Shown one piece after another: positions 54,648 to 64,000 of a DNA stretch of 64,000 nucleotides. Below the pieces are notes generated by a model. That model saw only the letters and a program-made list of their open reading frames with translations. It had not been told where the DNA came from and ran no database searches. The position numbers and the translations under genes are program-made. The DNA comes from Candidatus Marinacidobacterales bacterium (lineage in GTDB: Bacteria > Acidobacteriota > Vicinamibacteria > Marinacidobacterales > SMYC01): positions 2,624,001 to 2,688,000 of the forward strand of contig OZ250169.1 of assembly GCA_965237955.1 (NCBI GenBank), read 5' to 3'. The first letter of the stretch is position 1. Each line of letters opens with the position of its first letter.

Positions 54648-54996
54648 ATGAGGTTCGTCGTCTTGTGACGATGAAGCGGCTCGGGGCAAAACGAGCAAAG
54701 CGACCATCATCCAGCGAAAGCTCACATCGACATCCTCGGTTTTAGGTGCGCCCGGCAATCTCACCGGAACAGCGGTGCTGAACGAAGAGGGAGCGAGGCC
54801 CCAGGAGGGCACGTTCGTCCGCCTGAGCTCCACCGTCGGCGCCGTTCTCGGAAGCGTCGAGATCGGCGAAGCCGACACCGATCAGCTCCACTTTCACATC
54901 GACGCCACCCAACAGGGAAATCGGTTGGAGGGTTTTTGGAAGATCTACGAGCTGCCCGAGCTTCATGGCAGGTTCGTCGTTTGGAAGCAGCCTTAG
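54648..54996 (+). pseudogene. Hypothetical small exported protein, frameshifted in the signal region
   Basis: MRFVVL* is followed in another frame by SCDDEA...LEGFWKIY, open to 54996. Confidence 0.35.
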
Positions 54997-55128
54997 TCAG
55001 CATCCAGCATTCAGTTCAATTCGCGCCGTGCCTGTTCAGGCGTGTAGCGTACCGGCGGAACGGTGCTCGATATGCGATGACGCCACTTACCGCCAGGGCG
55101 TTGGTGTGAACTGAATGCTGGATGCTGA
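54997..55128. repeat. Perfect 22-bp inverted repeat between convergent genes
   Basis: TCAGCATCCAGCATTCAGTTCA (54997-55018) and its reverse complement (55107-55128). Confidence 0.9.
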
Positions 55129-55129
55129 A

Positions 55130-55960
<831 letters not shown>

Positions 55961-55966
<6 letters not shown>

Positions 55967-56872
55967 TGAAGAAGAGGTCGTCCTTCGCGATGACGAGATG
56001 GTAAGCAGAAGCGCCGGAGACCGTGCTCCACCGGAAAAGCTGGTTGAACTCGTCGCCGCGGATGACTTCCTGCGGTTCGGGGGCGTCGAGCGTGCCAGGC
56101 GGCGGGGGCAGAGTCACCGAACTTACCGGCGCGCCGTCGCCACTGGCGAGAGCACCCTGCTGGCTTCCTACCGAAACGGGGTCGCCGCCGGCTTCGAAGT
56201 CGACCGTGCCCTCCAACACCTCGAGCCGGGTGGCGTCGCCGGGCTCGACTTTCACGCGGAAGTTCGTGCCGCGGATGATGGTATTGGCGGTCGCGGTGCG
56301 AATCTCGAACTGCCCTTTCAACTGTTTCTCGATCTGAGACCAGATGCTGCCTTCCTTCAGCAGAATCTGCAGCCGGGAGGAGGCCGAGGCATGGCGGTCG
56401 CCGAGCGAGACCACTTTGACTTTCGTGTGGCTGTTGACGAACACGTAGTTGCCGTCCTCGAAGAGGATGCGGACGCCGGAACCGCTCCAAGTCCGAATCT
56501 CGTCGCCTTCCCTCAACAACAGGTTCTTCACAACGGGGATAAAGCGCTTGTCGAACGCCCGCTTCACCTCGATGTCGCCGTAGTAGCTCGCGACTTTGGC
56601 GAGCATGCCATCGGACGACAGCATGTGGCGCGGGATCTCGATGACGTGCCCCGAGCGGAGGAGGTTGAACTCCGCAAGCTCCTCCCAGGAGCCAGACATC
56701 TCCGGGTAGCGGTCGAACAGCGCTTGAACGAAGAGTCGTCTCCCGTCATGACGACGACGAACTCGTCCCCGCCGCCGTCCCCGTCGTCCTCAGTCACGGC
56801 TTTGGTCTCGGGCGCACTGACCAGGGTTGCGAACAGGGTGGCGCCCACGAACAGCAGGCTCGGTTTCAGCAT
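55961..56872 (-). pseudogene. Secreted FecR-domain protein, frameshifted near 56730 and truncated
   Basis: Signal peptide MLKPSLLF..., GDEIRT, ILLKEGSIW, IRGTNFRV and VLEGTV, then the start of an FN3-like segment. Confidence 0.8.
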
Positions 56873-56954
56873 CGTTCTCTCTATCCTCTAAGAAAAAACC
56901 GTACCCCGGGGCGTCAGAACGCGGAGAAGCCCCAGGCTACCTCTATTATCGCGA

Positions 56955-56970
56955 AGCAATTCTTTTGCCA
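56955..56970 (-). promoter_or_regulatory. Sigma54 promoter for the FecR gene
   Basis: TGGCAAAAGAATTGCT (GG-N10-GC). Confidence 0.65.
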
Positions 56971-57176
56971 TCGGGCCGTGGGCCAAGACGGACGCAGAAA
57001 GCCATGCGCGTGAACGAGATAGCTGGTCACGTCGCCTCGGTCGGCGGGCGGAAGGCGTTGGGTTTTTTCTACATCCGGGGGGCAATTCCCCTCAAGGCAC
57101 GAAAGCACCACTTTGGAGTAAGGCTGTATCTTACTGATATATAATGGGTTAATCTATAGGTGCTGTGTCGTGGCTT

Positions 57177-57192
57177 TGGCATGAGCGTTGCA
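57177..57192 (+). promoter_or_regulatory. Sigma54 promoter for the 57240 gene
   Basis: TGGCATGAGCGTTGCA, near-consensus -24/-12. Confidence 0.75.
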
Positions 57193-57239
57193 ACTTGAAG
57201 CTCTAGCACTCTTCGTGTGTGCTCAGGGGGTAGAGAATC

Positions 57240-58613
57240 ATGTCCAGAAGAGTAAGTCGCGTAGGTCGCGCCGGTATCGTGCTTTCCGTTCTCGGATTGC
57301 TCGGACTGGCTTTGGGGTTTGGCATCGCTCAGAGCACTGTGGTGACGCAGGCGGAATGGGCCGTGTACATGACTCAGGGGCTCGGTCTCGATTGGAATCT
57401 TCCCCCGAACGCGAAGAGCAACCACTATCTCGAGCGCCTCGACTGGACCAACAGTATCGAGTTCCAGGCGGCTCAAATGCTCGACGGTTCGACCGCGACG
57501 CCTCTCGAAGATGGCTCCGTCCAGAGCGAGCCCGGGGAACCGTCAGAAGCGCTCTACCAAGTGGCGACGCTTCGCGCCGGTGACTACGGCTTTCGCGTGA
57601 AGCTCGGCGGAGGCGGTGCCGTGCTCAAAGTATCCGATCAGGCTTACGAGCTGTTTCAGCCGGACATGTCCGCGCGCTGGGTGGACCTCGATCGCGTCCC
57701 GCTGAACCCCGGCGAGCATCCGTTGAGTCTCATGCTGATCGACGGCTCGCGCGCGGAGTCTCTTGGCGTGACGCCCCCGTGCATGACTCCGGTCGAGCCC
57801 ACCGGTGGTTGGACGCCGCTCGATCCGCTGACCTTCCATGAGATGGCAGTCACGTTGGCCAAGGCATTGGACTTGGAAAGAAATCTTCCCGAGCTCGGCG
57901 ATCCGATCTCGATCCGCGGCGAGGAGTTTCGAAAGACACTGATCTACCCGTACAAGGACGAGCTGGCAGACGTTTCCGAAGATGATCCGTACTGGTTGTC
58001 GTCGGGTGGCTCCATCATTACCGCCGTGGCACGGTTCGAGGTTCCCGAGGATGGCGTCTACTCCATCGAGACGCACTACATCAGCCCGCGTCCGATTCGC
58101 TGGGCTATGGACAGTTGCCTTCGTGTGGTGACGTGTCCCATCACCGCGTCTCAGATCGGCCGGCGTCGAAGCCTCGCTCTCGAGCTCGACGCGGGCGAGC
58201 ATGTGCTCGAGGTAACGCTCCCGCCGGGCGCCAAGCTCGACCGTGTCGACGTGCAACGCCGAGACGGTTCATCGGAGGAGTATTTGCGGGTCGTCGAGGA
58301 CGAAGGCTTCAAGCTGGGAAACAGTGAAGACATCGTCCGGCGCCGGGACGCGCTTCGTGCCGCGCGGCGGTTGCGGGATCGGTTCGACAAGCTGACCGAG
58401 CTCCGGTGTAACGACGAGCTGATCGCGATGGAGGCGGAGGCCATTGCGCTCGCGCTGGCCGCTTCGTCATCGTCAACGGATGACGGCATGGTCGCCTCCG
58501 GGCCGAATGCACCTCCCATCACACCTCAATCGCCGCCGGGCGGCCAGCCGATGATCCCTCCGGTCGACCCGAACGCCGGGCAGTCGGGTAGCCCGGTAGA
58601 GCCTGTACAATAA
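57240..58613 (+). CDS. Secreted hypothetical protein with two SLH-like motifs and beta-sandwich repeats
   Basis: Signal peptide; VTQAEWAVYM and LTFHEMAVTLAKAL; LNPGEH and LDAGEH strands; Pro-rich tail. Confidence 0.7.
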   Translation: MSRRVSRVGRAGIVLSVLGLLGLALGFGIAQSTVVTQAEWAVYMTQGLGLDWNLPPNAKSNHYLERLDWTNSIEFQAAQMLDGSTATPLEDGSVQSEPGEPSEALYQVATLRAGDYGFRVKLGGGGAVLKVSDQAYELFQPDMSARWVDLDRVPLNPGEHPLSLMLIDGSRAESLGVTPPCMTPVEPTGGWTPLDPLTFHEMAVTLAKALDLERNLPELGDPISIRGEEFRKTLIYPYKDELADVSEDDPYWLSSGGSIITAVARFEVPEDGVYSIETHYISPRPIRWAMDSCLRVVTCPITASQIGRRRSLALELDAGEHVLEVTLPPGAKLDRVDVQRRDGSSEEYLRVVEDEGFKLGNSEDIVRRRDALRAARRLRDRFDKLTELRCNDELIAMEAEAIALALAASSSSTDDGMVASGPNAPPITPQSPPGGQPMIPPVDPNAGQSGSPVEPVQ

Positions 58614-58646
58614 TCCGCCGTCGGCCATCGGCCGTCAGCCATCCGC

Positions 58647-59926
58647 TTGGTCCGTGTTATCGTGGCGTCTCTCATGGCCGCGATCGCACGAGTCCTGTCC
58701 ATCTTGTCCGTCACCACGCTGGTCGTTCTTTGCTTCTCGTTAGTGGCGGCGCTGGCGCAGAGTCTTCCCACCGAGGACGTGTTCAGCCGGTTTTCGAATC
58801 GCGTCGTCAAGATCGAGGTTCAGGAGTCGGGCTCGAAAGCGAAAGCCTCGATCGGCTCCGGTTTCTTCGTCAGCGATGCCGGTCACCTCGTCACGAACTA
58901 CCACGTGATCGCACAGGTCGTGCAGCATCCGGATCGGTACGTCGCGAGCTACGTGGATGAGGATGATGAGTCGGTCTCCGTGGAGGTGAACGTACTCAAT
59001 GTCGACGTTGCACACGATCTCGCCCTCGTCAAAGCGGAGCTCAGGCCGCCGTCGTTTTTTGCGCTCGAGCCGGTCGAAGCCCCGCAGGGGTTGCGGCTCT
59101 ATTCGATGGGGCACCCGCTCGACCTTGGCCTCAACATCGTAGAGGGCACGTACAACGGTTTCCTGAAACACGCCCTCGATCAACGGATCAATTTCACCGG
59201 CTCGCTTAACCCGGGAATGAGTGGAGGTCCGGCCATTACCGCAGGCGGGCGCGTCGCCGGGATCAACGTCTCCACTGCGGGCGAACAAGTGAGCTTTCGC
59301 TCGCACCAGAGTTCGAGCGGCCGAGCTCGCTTCTGAGCGTGGTCCGTGAACAGATCTTCGACTACCAGAGCGACTACGTTCGGGTCCTGCTCGAGAGCTC
59401 GCCTCCGACCGTGACCCTGGGCGGCTTCGAGCTACCCACCGAACCGGCCGCGTTTTTCGATTGCTGGGCGGACGCCTACCGTGAGGACAGCGCGAGCTAC
59501 GAAACGGTCGACCATCAGTGCTCGACCGACGATTACATTTTCGTCTCCGACGCGCTCGTGTCGGGGCAGCTCTGCTTCTACCATCGACTTCTCACCAGCG
59601 ACGACCTCAATCGGTTCCAGTTCGCGTCGCTATACACGAACGATTTCCAGCAGACGTATCACGGTATGGGGGGCAGTGAGAGCGAAGTTACGTCGTTTCG
59701 CTGCTATACGGATACAGTTCGTCAAAAGGAGCTGACGTTCAAGACGGTCTTTTGCTTGCGAGGTTATCGGAAGCTCGCATCGCTATACGACCTCGTCTTC
59801 AAAGCCGCGGTCATCGGGAAGCGCCATACCGGGCTCGAGACCGCGCTTGTCGCATCGGGCGTGAGCTACGACAACGCGGAAGCGCTCGTGCGCTGGTACA
59901 TGGAAACGATTTCGTGGAACGAGTAG
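58647..59926 (+). pseudogene. Trypsin-like S1 serine protease with Cys-containing C-terminal domain; deletion/frameshift near 59297
   Basis: GSGF, VTNYHV, HDLAL and NPGMSGGP; the second half (59339-59926) is in another frame. Confidence 0.8.
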
Positions 59927-60888
59927 TCTTCGTCGAAGTACTCGATCGGCGCGGTCGCGTGCGCGAGCGCACGCGCGTCGGGTCGTTCCCCGCCACCATC
60001 GGGCGTGCCTACTCGAACGATGTCATCGTCGCCGATCGTTATGTCTCGCCGACACATGTTGCGATTCGCGAAACAGATGAAGGCAAGCTCCTCGTCGAGG
60101 ATGCAGGCAGCGTCAACGGAATTCATCGGCCAGGCCACGCTGAGCCTGTCGAAGTCGTTCCTCTCGAGTCCGGGCTTCGGCTGCGACTGGGAGAGACGGT
60201 GGTCCGATTCGTCACGGCGGATCACCTCGTTGCTCCGGCCGACGTTTTGCCGCGAGGCGACTCCGGGCTTCTCGAGACGTTGAAGAGCCCGCGGCTTGCA
60301 CTCTCGCTCCTGTTCCTCACCCTCGTCGTCTTCGCCACGGACATCTACCTGGAAACGTACTACGACTTCAGCGGGTCGGCGGTGCTCGGACCCGCCGTGC
60401 TCGGGATCGTTGCCCTGTCGTTTTGGGCCGGCATCTGGGCGTTCGCGAATCGGTTGCTGACCCATCGGTTCGACTTTCTGCGCCATCTCGCCGTCTCGTG
60501 TCTCGCATCCATTGGCTCGATTTGCCTGTGGACACTCAGCGAGTACGCCGAGTTCTTCTTCTCGTCCGCATCGCTTTCGATGGCCATGGTCTTGGTCACC
60601 CAGGCAAGCGTCGTGGCGTTACTGCTGTATGGTCACTTGTCGATCATCCCCGCCTCGAGCACGCATCGTCGGCGCGGGTGGGCACTCGGTGTGACCGTCG
60701 TCGTTGTCGGGCTATCCGGTTTGCTGACCTATGCCGGGCGGGAAGATTTCTCGTCGAACGTCGATATCACCGTCCCGTTGAAGAGCCTCGGTACGAGCTG
60801 GGTCCCCACGGTATCGACAGAGGAGTTCCTCGACCGTTCCCGGCGAACCAAGACGTGGGTGGACGAAGCGGTATCTGAAACGAAGTAG
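59914..60888 (+). CDS. FHA-domain membrane protein
   Basis: IGRAYSNDV, VSPTH and GSVNG followed by several TM helices; GTG start overlaps the protease end. Confidence 0.85.
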   Translation: MERVVFVEVLDRRGRVRERTRVGSFPATIGRAYSNDVIVADRYVSPTHVAIRETDEGKLLVEDAGSVNGIHRPGHAEPVEVVPLESGLRLRLGETVVRFVTADHLVAPADVLPRGDSGLLETLKSPRLALSLLFLTLVVFATDIYLETYYDFSGSAVLGPAVLGIVALSFWAGIWAFANRLLTHRFDFLRHLAVSCLASIGSICLWTLSEYAEFFFSSASLSMAMVLVTQASVVALLLYGHLSIIPASSTHRRRGWALGVTVVVVGLSGLLTYAGREDFSSNVDITVPLKSLGTSWVPTVSTEEFLDRSRRTKTWVDEAVSETK

Positions 60889-60968
60889 CTATCCGCTACC
60901 CGGTCTGGAAGGCCACTGCGCGCGACACCGGTGCCAAGTAGCCCTGCTGGACCGGATAGCGGATAGCT
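60887..60968. repeat. 19-bp inverted repeat built of GCTA(T/C)CC heptamers between convergent genes
   Basis: 60887-60905 pairs with 60950-60968 (18/19). Confidence 0.85.
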
Positions 60969-60987
60969 GGATCCCGAGCGGGGCGCG

Positions 60988-63135
60988 CTACGCGCCGCGA
61001 GCGGGACGCCGCGTGGGTGGGCGCCGCATGCGAGTGACCTTCGACTCGGCGGCGGTTTTCTGCTCGGAATAATAACTGTAGTAATAATGGTAGGAGTCCT
61101 GTTTGGGATCGACACCGTTCAAAACGACGCCGGCAATGCGCGCTTCGGTACGCCGTAGCGCGGTGAGCGATCGCCGGGCGAGCTTGCGGTCCACCTGGTT
61201 CGCACGCACGACCATGAGCACCATATCGGCGAGCTTCGCCAACAGCAGCGGGTCGGTGACCGATACGACCGGCGGTGCGTCCACGATGATCCAGGTGTAG
61301 CGTTCACGGCACGCTTCGAGGAACCTTTTCACCGCGAGGCTCCCGATGAGAGCGGGCGGATTCGGAGGGAGCTTGCCGGAAGTCACCGCGGAGAGGTTCT
61401 CCTGCCGCGTCGACTGGCAGATGATGTCGAACCTGAGATCTTTCGAGCAGTAATCCGTGAGCCCCGGTTCCCGGTAGAGCCGCAAATGCGTGTGGACGCT
61501 CGAGCGTCGGAGATCGAAGTCCACCACGAGTGTAGGGTCTCCGGACTCGGCGAACGCCCTGGCGAGGTTCACCGCCGTCGTAGACTTGCCTTCCTGCGGG
61601 ATCGAGCTCGTCACCAGAATGACGTTACCGTGCTCACGCTCGCGATTGAACAGAAGGCTCGCCCGCAGGGTACGATACGCCTCGGTGATGACACCTTCGT
61701 TCGCGGCATCATGTTTCGGGACGACGCCGAGGCAATCCGTGCGAAGGTGTTTCTCGATATCTTCCTGCTCTTTCAGCGTGTTATCCAAGTAGTCGCGCAG
61801 CAAGATGACGCCGCATCCGGAAAAAAGGCCCAACACCAGTGAGACCGTGAGGTTCTTGATGGGTTGAGGCCGGATAGGGATGACGGGCACGCTGGCGCGC
61901 TCGATGATCGATACGTTGTTCGCCCGCAGGCTCGAGGCGATGTCTGTTTCTTTGATCTTCTGCAGGATCGCTTCGTACATGCTCTTGTTGGAAAGAGCTT
62001 CTCGCTCGAGCATCTCCATCTGCACCGTTTTGCGGCTTTCCTCGATAGACTGCTTGCGCTCGGTGTTGATCGATGCGCGGAGATCGCGCTCGCGGCGCCG
62101 CAGCTGCTGATAGTCAGCGAGCATGCCGCTGACGATCTTCTCGGCTTGTGCATCGATGGCTTCTTGGATCTGCCCGACCTGGGTGACCACCTTCTTGACC
62201 TTTGGGTGTCCGGATTTGTAGCGGTTTTTGAGCTGGACGAGCTCGACCTCGAGGTCGGCCTTGCTCATATTCAGACGCTGTACGAGCGGGTCCGCCGCGA
62301 GTTGGGGCAGGGCATCGAGTGACCCACCCGATTTCTTGAGCTTGTCGACTTGAGCGAGAGCACTCTCGATCTCGATGCGCCGGGTCTTCGCTTCAGTGGC
62401 CTCTTGATTCAACCGGCCCAGAGTCGCGGCGCCGATGCTTTGTCCGTCGGTGGCGACGAACAGCTCTTCTTCCTTGGTGTACTCGTACAGCGATTGCTCG
62501 GACTTTTCGACCTCGCCTTCGGCGGCTGCGAGTCGCTCTTGCAGCCAGCTATAGACGTTTCGCGTCGTTTCGATTTTGGATTCTAGATTCTGCTCGATGT
62601 AAGCCTCGGCGAGGGTGTTCGCCCAGCGCGCTGCTTCGCGTGGGTCTTCGTGGTTGACCATGATTTGCGCGAGGCGGGTGTCGGGGACAGGCACGACCTG
62701 GACGTGCGCGATGAACATCCGCGCCGGGTCTTTGGCTCCCTTGAAAGGTGCCTTGTCGGCGAGATCGAGCTTCTCGAGGGAGCGTGCCCCGATGGCTTTG
62801 CTCTTGATGATGCGATACTGGGTGTTGTAGTAGTTCCGATGGTCGAAATAATTGAAGGCGGTCGCGGGATATGGATTCGAAAGGGCGGAGAGATTCTGTC
62901 CGGGCGGGTCGATCTGGACCAGCGCCTGGGCGCGGTAGATGGGTGTCTGGAGATACGTCGCGAGAAATCCGAGGCCCAAGCCGAGAATCGCGATGACCAG
63001 GATCCAGGCTTTGCCGGCCCACAGGAGTCGCAGGCCGTACTTGAGATCGAAATCTCCGGAAAGCCCCGCGATGAAGTGCCCAGGCTCCGGGCCCGTAGGC
63101 CCGGAAGGCCTGAAAGGATCGTCCTGGGCGGTCAA
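60988..63135 (-). CDS. Polysaccharide co-polymerase/tyrosine autokinase (Wzc/GumC family)
   Basis: Two TM helices around a coiled coil, EAYRTLRASL, PQEGKST, DAPP and YHYYYSYY tail. Confidence 0.93.
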   Translation of the reverse strand: MTAQDDPFRPSGPTGPEPGHFIAGLSGDFDLKYGLRLLWAGKAWILVIAILGLGLGFLATYLQTPIYRAQALVQIDPPGQNLSALSNPYPATAFNYFDHRNYYNTQYRIIKSKAIGARSLEKLDLADKAPFKGAKDPARMFIAHVQVVPVPDTRLAQIMVNHEDPREAARWANTLAEAYIEQNLESKIETTRNVYSWLQERLAAAEGEVEKSEQSLYEYTKEEELFVATDGQSIGAATLGRLNQEATEAKTRRIEIESALAQVDKLKKSGGSLDALPQLAADPLVQRLNMSKADLEVELVQLKNRYKSGHPKVKKVVTQVGQIQEAIDAQAEKIVSGMLADYQQLRRRERDLRASINTERKQSIEESRKTVQMEMLEREALSNKSMYEAILQKIKETDIASSLRANNVSIIERASVPVIPIRPQPIKNLTVSLVLGLFSGCGVILLRDYLDNTLKEQEDIEKHLRTDCLGVVPKHDAANEGVITEAYRTLRASLLFNREREHGNVILVTSSIPQEGKSTTAVNLARAFAESGDPTLVVDFDLRRSSVHTHLRLYREPGLTDYCSKDLRFDIICQSTRQENLSAVTSGKLPPNPPALIGSLAVKRFLEACRERYTWIIVDAPPVVSVTDPLLLAKLADMVLMVVRANQVDRKLARRSLTALRRTEARIAGVVLNGVDPKQDSYHYYYSYYSEQKTAAESKVTRMRRPPTRRPARGA

Positions 63136-64000
63136 AACACCCTCTTACCGACCTTAATGATGTCCTCGGACTCGAGGGGGACGTCCGGCTTCTTGCCGTT
63201 CTCGATGTCTTCCAGGTCAACTCTGATACGTTGGGAGCCGCGTTTACTCGACTTGCGCAAGATTTCGACTTTCCCCTTGGCGCCGAACTTGGTGAGCCCC
63301 CCGGCCACGGAAACAGCCTTCAGCACGGTCAACCCACCGGTGATGGGGTAGGACCCGGGGCGTTTGACCTCGCCCGAGATGAAGAAGAACCGAGTCGATG
63401 TGGCGGTCACGATGTCGCCGCTTCGGAGGAGGAACGAAAGCGCCTCTTTCTGTTCCGACGGCGGCTGATCCGGGGTCAGGAAAATGCGGACCGCGCTTTC
63501 GGCTCCGTCGCCGTTGTCCTCGGTCATGAACAGCGAGGGCTGTTGTTGGTCGAGGCGGCTCACGATGACTTCGCCGCTCGCGCGGGAGGTGAAGCCCCCC
63601 GCTTCCGTAAGCAGATCGAGCATCGTCTTCGAGCCTTGCAGGTAGAACTTGCCGGGGCGAACGACCTCGCCGATGAGTGTCACCCATTGCGAGCGATACT
63701 CCTTCACACGAACGATCACTTGAGGATCGACGAGGTAGTCCTTCGCTAGCAGCTCGACGAGCGTCTCTTGGACTTCCTTCACCGTCATCCCGTTGATGGT
63801 GATGTCTCCGAGAAGTGGGAACGAAATGTCGCCCGCGTGCTGCACCGTCGCCAGGCCCGACAGATCCGGATCGTCGTAAACGTCGATCTCGAGAACATCG
63901 CCGGGCCCCACTCGGTAGGCGGTGGAGCCATCGGGGGGGAGTCCCCCGTTGTCCTGAGCCGCGGTCGCGGTGGCGAACGCGAGCGCCAGCGTTACCGCGA
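63132..64000 (-). CDS. Polysaccharide export protein (Wza/Poly_export plus SLBB), 5'-partial
   Basis: YRVGPGDVLEI, ISFPLLG, GEVVRPG and GEVKRPG; the frame is open to the window end. Confidence 0.92.
   Translation of the reverse strand, partial: AVTLALAFATATAAQDNGGLPPDGSTAYRVGPGDVLEIDVYDDPDLSGLATVQHAGDISFPLLGDITINGMTVKEVQETLVELLAKDYLVDPQVIVRVKEYRSQWVTLIGEVVRPGKFYLQGSKTMLDLLTEAGGFTSRASGEVIVSRLDQQQPSLFMTEDNGDGAESAVRIFLTPDQPPSEQKEALSFLLRSGDIVTATSTRFFFISGEVKRPGSYPITGGLTVLKAVSVAGGLTKFGAKGKVEILRKSSKRGSQRIRVDLEDIENGKKPDVPLESEDIIKVGKRVF

Overview
GC-rich bacterial DNA whose gene content suggests Acidobacteriota (inference only). About 1-22.9 kb is mostly housekeeping and envelope genes: FAAL-acyltransferase, ACE-like M2 peptidase, wzm/wzt, rfaE2, mfd, two PpiC/SurA foldases, dusB, moaA, trxA, and ArsR-CDF. 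About 22.9-49.9 kb is a mosaic with two IS630 copies, ISL3, ISAzo13, IS5/IS903 remnants, a decayed RIT element, rve-type transposases and a tRNA-Arg(CCG) 3' att scar. Its cargo includes GH2, GH116 and a PVC-type heme protein split by IS630. About 50-64 kb holds hydrolases and a sigma54-controlled surface/EPS locus (FecR, SLH-like protein, trypsin+FHA pair, Wzc, Wza). Many genes have internal deletions, frameshifts or nonsense codons, and several IS insertions sit at TA within CTAG. The best candidates for undescribed biology are an 18-aa micropeptide (MKIQSKIKAG...) with its own sigma54 promoter, intergenic heptamer arrays that also build long inverted repeats, two oppositely oriented copies of a group II intron-like 5' motif, and a large structured element beside ISL3. 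No CRISPR array, rRNA or complete tRNA was found. All calls come from reading motifs by eye, with no database searches.
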